Positions 58,734-64,000 of a DNA stretch of 64,000 bases are shown here, piece by piece; positions within the stretch are counted from its first letter, which is position 1; each line of letters starts with the position of its first letter. The stretch spans positions 604 to 64,603 of the forward strand of contig VFGE01000031.1 in assembly GCA_009392515.1 (NCBI GenBank), read 5' to 3'. The translations under genes and the position numbers were made by a program. The notes beneath the pieces are model-generated. The model made no database searches. It was not told the origin of the DNA and saw nothing but the letters and a program-made list of their open reading frames with translations. The DNA comes from SAR202 cluster bacterium (GTDB taxonomy: Bacteria > Chloroflexota > Dehalococcoidia > Lucifugimonadales > UBA6952).

Positions 58734-59912
58734 ATGTTAATAAACCCCACAAAATTTATAGCCAATTATTTAAACCAGATTTCTGTAGGTTATTTAGTTG
58801 TTTCATTTCCAGATGGTTCTAAAAAATCTTTTGGCGATATAAGTTCTGACCTACAAACAGAATTACATATTCGAGATAATACCCTTTTAAAAAATTTATT
58901 ATTTCGAGGTGAAATAGCCTTAGGAGAGGGATATATAAATGGTTTATGGGAATGTGATAATATTGCTAATCTACTTAAGCTATTTGTTTTAAATTTCAAA
59001 CAAACAGGAAGATTAAAACCAAAATTTCAAGGAATATTCACTTTATTAGACAAAATTTCTCATCGATTTAAAAGAAATACAATTACTAAAGCTAAAGATA
59101 ACATTTCAGCACACTATGATTTAGGAAATGAATTTTTTCAAACATTTTTAGATAAAAATATGGTTTATTCATGTGGTTTATTTGAGAAAGCTGACGATTC
59201 TCTAGAAGTAGCTCAAAAAAATAAAATACAAGAGATTATAGGGCAAGCAAGAATACAATCAGGCCAGAGGGTATTAGAGATTGGTTGTGGATGGGGGGCT
59301 TTTTCACTGACATTAGCTCAACAAATGGATGTTAGTATTACTGCAATTACTATATCAGAAGAACAGTATCATTTTGTTAAGAAACTTGTAGCAGCACATG
59401 AATTAACAAATCGTATTGAAGTCAAATTAGAAGACTATCGAAATTTAGCAGGGCAATATGACCGAATAGTTTCTATTGAAATGCTTGAAGCTGTTGGACA
59501 TGAAGGGTTAACTGATTTTTATACACAATGTAGTAATTTATTGAGTGACGATGGTTTGTTATCAGTTCAAGTAATTACTATGCCTGATTCCCGTTATGAA
59601 AGTTACAGAAAAAATGTCGATTTTATTCAAAAGTATGTTTTTCCTGGGGGGCATTTACCTTCTTTAGGAGCACTTAATCATGCTTCATCAATACAAAATT
59701 CTTTTTCTCTTCAAAACATGAATAATATTGGCATACATTATGCTAAAACATTACATTCATGGAATCAAAACCTACAACAAAATAAACAAAAAATTGTTGA
59801 ACTTGGCTATCCAGAAAGATTAATTAAAATATGGGAATATTACTTTGGTTACTGCCAAGCAGGATTTGAGACGTATTTATTAGATAATTTACAATTGGTA
59901 TATTCGAAATAA
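58734..59912 (+). CDS. cfa: cyclopropane-fatty-acyl-phospholipid synthase family SAM methyltransferase
   Basis: 392 aa with the CFAS N-terminal region (LGEGYINGLWECDNIANLL), HYDLGNEFF, the SAM motif VLEIGCGWGAF and C-terminal YYFGYCQAGF. Confidence 0.88.
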   Translation: MLINPTKFIANYLNQISVGYLVVSFPDGSKKSFGDISSDLQTELHIRDNTLLKNLLFRGEIALGEGYINGLWECDNIANLLKLFVLNFKQTGRLKPKFQGIFTLLDKISHRFKRNTITKAKDNISAHYDLGNEFFQTFLDKNMVYSCGLFEKADDSLEVAQKNKIQEIIGQARIQSGQRVLEIGCGWGAFSLTLAQQMDVSITAITISEEQYHFVKKLVAAHELTNRIEVKLEDYRNLAGQYDRIVSIEMLEAVGHEGLTDFYTQCSNLLSDDGLLSVQVITMPDSRYESYRKNVDFIQKYVFPGGHLPSLGALNHASSIQNSFSLQNMNNIGIHYAKTLHSWNQNLQQNKQKIVELGYPERLIKIWEYYFGYCQAGFETYLLDNLQLVYSK

Positions 59913-59920
59913 GGAAAAAT

Positions 59921-60940
59921 ATGTGGTATGAATATTTTCTTGATAGGGGTTTAATTCCATTTCCGTTAGTTAGATATTTTATTAATAGATTAAATGGTCG
60001 AACTTATTACAAATTAAAAAATATTACAGAAGAGGATCGAAAAGTATTTTCCGAATTAATTTCAAAAGGGCCTATAGCCTATGATACTGAAATTGCAAAT
60101 CAACAACACTATGAAGTCACCTCGGAATTTTTTCAATCGATTCTCGGTTCACATTTGAAATATAGTTCTTGTTACTGGGATGAGTCGACAAGTAACCTTG
60201 ATGATGCAGAGATTAAAATGCTAAATGTGTATATAGAGAGATGCGAAATTCAAGACGGATTATCAGTATTAGATTTAGGGTGTGGTTGGGGGTCGGTTAC
60301 TTTATATTTAGCGCAAAAATTCCCTCATTCGACTTTTACATGTATATCTAATTCTGAGACACAAATAAATTATATAAAAAATATAGTTGATGAAAAACAA
60401 TTAGAAAATGTAATTGCAATAAAGTCAGATATTAATGAATTTAATCCACAAGAAAAATTTGACAGGATAATTTCAATTGAAATGTTTGAACACATGAATA
60501 ACCTACAAGAACTATTACGTCGTATTTCTCTCTGGATGACTCCTGATGCTATTTTATTTATTCATGTATTCAGTCATAAAGATACTCCTTATTTTTTTCT
60601 CGATGAAAAATCTTGGATGGCAAAACATTTTTTCCGTTCTGGTATGATGCCTAGCTATGATTTGTTTGATAATTTTTCTGAAGAATTATTATTACAGGAA
60701 TCATGGTTAATTAATGGAACCCATTATCAGAGAACTCTTGATGAATGGGAGAAAAAGTTACTTAGCAATAAAGAAAAGATATTAAAAGTCTTTCAAAAGG
60801 ATGTTGGTAAAAAACATTCTTTAATTCTTTGGCGAAGATGGCGCATCTTTTTAGCAGCATGTTCTTCCCTATTTGGGTTTAATGCAGGAGATGTTTGGTT
60901 TGTTGCTCATCACAAATTCCGTTTGAGAGAAAACGGATGA
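59921..60940 (+). CDS. second CMAS-family SAM-dependent methyltransferase (shorter, divergent)
   Basis: 339 aa with QQHYEVTSEFF, YSSCYW, the SAM motif VLDLGCGWGSV and SIEMFEHM. It lacks the N-terminal domain of the upstream paralog. Confidence 0.85.
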   Translation: MWYEYFLDRGLIPFPLVRYFINRLNGRTYYKLKNITEEDRKVFSELISKGPIAYDTEIANQQHYEVTSEFFQSILGSHLKYSSCYWDESTSNLDDAEIKMLNVYIERCEIQDGLSVLDLGCGWGSVTLYLAQKFPHSTFTCISNSETQINYIKNIVDEKQLENVIAIKSDINEFNPQEKFDRIISIEMFEHMNNLQELLRRISLWMTPDAILFIHVFSHKDTPYFFLDEKSWMAKHFFRSGMMPSYDLFDNFSEELLLQESWLINGTHYQRTLDEWEKKLLSNKEKILKVFQKDVGKKHSLILWRRWRIFLAACSSLFGFNAGDVWFVAHHKFRLRENG

Positions 60941-62193
60941 GTAAAATTGCGATTATAGGATCTGGTGTATCAGGTTTAACGGCTGCATATTTGTTGAATA
61001 AGAAACATGATGTGTATTTATATGAACAAAATCAATATTTCGGGGGCCATACAAATACTATTTCTGTTCAAGAAAATCCCAAATCATCAGTCAATATCGA
61101 TACTGGGTTTATTGTATTTAATTCAAAAAATTATCCTCTATTTTTATCACTCTTAAATAGTTTAAAAGTTCCATATTTTTTATCTGATATGTCTTTTGCA
61201 TATTATGATCCGAAAAGATCATTAGCCTATTGTGGTGGACGTGGAATATATAGTTTACTTGGTACGTTTAAAAATATATTTAATATTTCTCATTTGCAAT
61301 TTTTATTAGGTATTAGAAAATATTCGCGCAAAATGGTTAAGGACCAAAAGGTCGGTTTAACAAAAAATAAAACTTTATTTGAATATTGTTCTGAATTTAA
61401 TGTTCCTCAGAAAGTTGTAGATGATTATTTTATACCTATAGGCTCTGCTATTTGGTCTTCACAAATTCATGATATTAAACAGTTTCCTGTCGATGCATAT
61501 ATAACATTCTTCCAAAACCATGGTTTGTTATTTGAAGACAGTCCACCAATATGGTATTCAATTGAAGGAGGTTCCCAACGTTATGTTCAAAAGATAATTA
61601 ATCTTTTGGGTAACAATGCTTATCTATCCTCTAAGATTAATTCAGTAGTTCGTTTTTCCGATCACGTAGAAATCGGATTAGATAATGGCCATAAATATAA
61701 TTATGACAAGGTGGTTATAGCTACTCATGCAAACCAAGCAATTAAAATGTTACAAGAACCTACCAAGCTTGAAAAAAAACTTCTTTCAGTTTGGGAATAT
61801 AGTGAAAATGATACAATACTTCATAGTTATGATAGATTTTTACCACAGAATGATAGATTGTGGGGATCATGGAATTTTTTACAAAGAGATAATGATAATT
61901 CGATAGTTACATATAATATGAATAGGCTTCAATCATTAAATTCTAATACTCAATACTTAGTCACATTAAATTCTGATATAGAAATCCCTGAGAAATATAT
62001 ACATTACAAAACTAAATATACACATCCTAGATATACACAAGAATCAATGAGTACTCAAGAGCAACTACCATTATTAAATGGTGTAAATAATACATATTTC
62101 TGTGGTAGTTATTTTGGATATGGTTTTCATGAAGATGCAGTTAAGTCAGCTGTAAATATTGTCACAGAAATTGATGGATCTTATGAATTCTAA
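60937..62193 (+). CDS. COG2907-type NAD/FAD-binding oxidoreductase (amine-oxidase/desaturase-like)
   Basis: Motifs are MSKIAIIGSGVSGLTAAYLL...GGHTNT and IDTGFIVFNSKNYP...SDMSFAY. ATG 60937 forms an ATGA overlap with the upstream stop. The track ORF starts at 60895. Confidence 0.85.
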   Translation: MSKIAIIGSGVSGLTAAYLLNKKHDVYLYEQNQYFGGHTNTISVQENPKSSVNIDTGFIVFNSKNYPLFLSLLNSLKVPYFLSDMSFAYYDPKRSLAYCGGRGIYSLLGTFKNIFNISHLQFLLGIRKYSRKMVKDQKVGLTKNKTLFEYCSEFNVPQKVVDDYFIPIGSAIWSSQIHDIKQFPVDAYITFFQNHGLLFEDSPPIWYSIEGGSQRYVQKIINLLGNNAYLSSKINSVVRFSDHVEIGLDNGHKYNYDKVVIATHANQAIKMLQEPTKLEKKLLSVWEYSENDTILHSYDRFLPQNDRLWGSWNFLQRDNDNSIVTYNMNRLQSLNSNTQYLVTLNSDIEIPEKYIHYKTKYTHPRYTQESMSTQEQLPLLNGVNNTYFCGSYFGYGFHEDAVKSAVNIVTEIDGSYEF

Positions 62194-62977
62194 AATAATG
62201 TTCGGTCATTTAATGCATACACGAAAAAAAATTCATCAATTTAGATTCCGTCATTATTTTTTTGCTCTTGATCTGGATGAGCTTGAATCCTTAAGTAAGC
62301 ATAAATTATTTGGATGGAACAAAGGATGGTTTTTTTCTTTTTTAGATCAAGACTATCTTGGACAAACCACTGGTTCTATAAAATCAAAACTAAACTCTCG
62401 ATTATCACATTTGGGTATTGATATAGAAAAATTAACTATTTTACTTGTTACTACACCCAGATTTATGAAACATACATTTAATCCAGTAAATTTTTACTAT
62501 TGTTATACAAGTACAAAAAAATTAGAAAAAGTTATTATTGAAGTAAATAATACTTTTGGAGAAGCTCATTTATATGTTCTAGATAATCTAATTGAAAAGA
62601 ATGGATACTTTATAGATTCCCATGCTAAGTTGTTTCATGTTTCACCAATGAATAATATGGAGGGGGTATATACTTTTTATTTTACCGACATTCTTAATAC
62701 CAATCATTTAGATTTAGGTATCAATTTACACTATGAGGAAACACCTTTTTTTACAAGCAGATTCATTGGCAATGCAAAAATCTTTAGTGATAAATCGTTA
62801 TTGTGGCTAGGAATTAGATATACTTTAAGTACTTTTTTAGCATTACCGAGAATATTAATACATGCTGGAATATTACATTACATTAAAAAATTACCAATTT
62901 TTTCTAAACCAGATCCGTCTAGCGAAATGACATATACTTCGACATATAAACCGTATATCAATGAGTTTAAAAAATAA
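62183..62977 (+). CDS. DUF1365-family protein
   Basis: The segment GHLMHTRKKIHQFRFRHYFFALDLDEL matches the DUF1365 N-terminal signature. ATG 62183 overlaps the upstream gene by 11 nt. The track ORF starts at 62159. Confidence 0.8.
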   Translation: MNSKIMFGHLMHTRKKIHQFRFRHYFFALDLDELESLSKHKLFGWNKGWFFSFLDQDYLGQTTGSIKSKLNSRLSHLGIDIEKLTILLVTTPRFMKHTFNPVNFYYCYTSTKKLEKVIIEVNNTFGEAHLYVLDNLIEKNGYFIDSHAKLFHVSPMNNMEGVYTFYFTDILNTNHLDLGINLHYEETPFFTSRFIGNAKIFSDKSLLWLGIRYTLSTFLALPRILIHAGILHYIKKLPIFSKPDPSSEMTYTSTYKPYINEFKK

Positions 62978-62979
62978 TG

Positions 62980-63270
62980 TTAAGCAATCTCACTCAGTAC
63001 ATAAAATCCGTCTGTCCATGTAGGTTCAGTTTCAAGATGTTCCATCATTTTTAAAAATGATTCATGTTGCTCAGGTCTATTTGCATTAGCAACATAAGCG
63101 TCTTGGCTTTCAAAAACAGCTACACCAATCCATTCGTCTTTTTCATCGGGATTCATTACAAACCATGCGACCATGCCTTCAGGTTTTGGCTCATTCGAAT
63201 TAAAAGTTTTTGTTAATTCTTCTTCATGTCCTTTTTTTACACGTAAATTAAATATTGAACCGTAATACAT
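62980..63270 (-). CDS. small cytoplasmic protein, possibly ABM/Dabb (ferredoxin-like fold) domain
   Basis: 96 aa. Its size and the pattern (...WIGVAVFESQDAYVANANRPEQHESF...) are reminiscent of antibiotic-biosynthesis-monooxygenase domains. The assignment is weak. Confidence 0.4.
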   Translation of the reverse strand: MYYGSIFNLRVKKGHEEELTKTFNSNEPKPEGMVAWFVMNPDEKDEWIGVAVFESQDAYVANANRPEQHESFLKMMEHLETEPTWTDGFYVLSEIA

Positions 63271-63286
63271 TTTTTGCTCCTTTAAT

Positions 63287-64000
63287 TTAGGTTAGGGCTT
63301 TTTGTAAATCAATATTTGAAGTAAGCCATAATTTAAGTTTTTGTTTTATAAATGATTTAATCCCAGGTAGTGGAGCGACTTTTGAACCAATTCCAAGAGC
63401 TTCAAGAATAATTTCACCAACAAGCCCATGGCAACCTCTAAAAGATTTAATCAATTGAAAAAGCTGTGCACGAGGGAATTTTTCTAGATATTTCAATTCT
63501 TTTCCGTTGCTCATTCCAAATACAACTCTTGCTATAAGAGAAGGATCGTCAGAGATTTGTTGTACATGCGTAATAATTTTCTTTAAGAGGTTTGCTACAC
63601 TTCCGCCCATTAAAGGAATCCATTGTTGAGCTTTACTTTCGTATTGAGAAACTAATTCGATTTTATTTGCAGGCATTTCAAAGTGAGCTACTGTGAAAAG
63701 ACATGGTTCTAATAATCCAGGATCGTCTTCAAGTTGCAATGCAGTCATGTCTCTGTATTGAACAGTATGAAGCGCTTCTCTACCTTTTACTTTTTGAAGA
63801 ATCTTTTTTGCATTTGAACCGGTAGGGAAAAGAGAGGCTTGAAGTTCATACCAATAATCTGTTATACATTCCTGAAATAAACCAAATGTCGTTAATTGGA
63901 CTGGCATCAACCCAGCTTCATGATTTTCTTTGTAACTTGTTTGTTCATCAGCTTCTTTTAGCATAAGATCTAGTTCATGTTCAGTATAACCAAAGTTCAT
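63287..64000 (-). CDS. hypothetical soluble protein, possibly 5'-truncated by the window edge
   Basis: 237 aa ORF with good coding appearance and no motif I can name. Its first codon coincides with the last 3 nt of the window, so the true start may lie outside. Confidence 0.5.
   Translation of the reverse strand: MNFGYTEHELDLMLKEADEQTSYKENHEAGLMPVQLTTFGLFQECITDYWYELQASLFPTGSNAKKILQKVKGREALHTVQYRDMTALQLEDDPGLLEPCLFTVAHFEMPANKIELVSQYESKAQQWIPLMGGSVANLLKKIITHVQQISDDPSLIARVVFGMSNGKELKYLEKFPRAQLFQLIKSFRGCHGLVGEIILEALGIGSKVAPLPGIKSFIKQKLKLWLTSNIDLQKALT

Noticed and set aside
63287-64000. An ATG that falls exactly at the last three bases of the window, taken as the true start of the final ORF.
   Set aside because: The frame is open to the window edge, so the coincidence cannot be distinguished from truncation. 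The ORF is reported as possibly 5'-incomplete rather than complete.
1-64000. Searched by eye for CRISPR-like spaced repeats, tRNA/rRNA/tmRNA-like structured regions, IS/transposase/integrase genes, toxin-antitoxin pairs and defence-system hallmarks.
   Set aside because: None was found. Apart from the first 4.1 kb (which the DUF2298 gene fills) no stretch longer than 230 nt lacks a track ORF, and after my start-codon revisions the longest true intergenic spacer is 260 nt (50444-50703). The only exact repeat noticed is the 34-mer in the DUF805 pair. All sizeable ORFs have housekeeping or metabolic assignments.

Overview
This is an AT-rich window (about one-third G+C by eye) with very dense coding. 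I count about 66 protein genes. Most spacers are under 20 nt, and many junctions are 1-4 nt overlaps of the TAATG or ATGA type. The content is core chromosomal. I saw no rRNA, tRNA, CRISPR array, transposase, integrase, phage or recognisable defence genes.

The gene content suggests a streamlined marine Chloroflexota (Dehalococcoidia/SAR202-like) genome. The supporting signals are a DUF2298 'YYY' giant membrane protein, an 11-gene nuo operon lacking nuoEFG, several luciferase-like (LLM) F420/flavin oxidoreductases, and a short monoderm-type YidC. This taxonomic call is inference only.

Layout, from left to right:
- 1-16587 (minus strand): one uninterrupted array, nuoABCDHIJKLMN-eno-gap-DUF2298. 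The DUF2298 gene (1-4071, over 1357 codons, no stop inside the window) is missing from the supplied ORF track. I recovered it by hand translation.
- 16.7-23.3 kb: NUDIX hydrolase, two dehydrogenases, mfd, tlyA.
- 23.3-26.9 kb: rpmH (45 aa, also absent from the track)-rnpA-yidD-[BamB-like lipoprotein]-yidC-jag.
- 26.9-34.2 kb: a split TPP decarboxylase with one alpha and two beta genes, prfB with its +1 frameshift, and a five-gene operon MBL-VOC-CapA-ComA(phosphosulfolactate synthase family)-DinB.
- 34.3-47.2 kb: CoA-transferase, recG, aroE, ruvX, alaS, GNAT, LLM oxidoreductase, aroK-aroB fusion, divergent TauE/SafE pair.
- 47.2-55.4 kb: an LLM / SelA-like PLP / AcuI-YhdH operon next to a Liv-type ABC transporter.
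- 55.7-64 kb: tandem DUF805 genes, panE, and a lipid-modification cluster (hydrolase, two CFA-synthase-family methyltransferases, COG2907 flavoprotein, DUF1365).

I found no defence or mobile 'system'. The best candidates for undescribed biology are metabolic:
- The ComA/CapA operon together with the alpha/beta/beta' decarboxylase, a possible non-canonical sulfolactate/sulfopyruvate route.
- The AcuI-SelA-like-LLM module.
- The furan/cyclopropane-type fatty-acid cluster.

All family calls come from motif recognition by eye. No database search was run.
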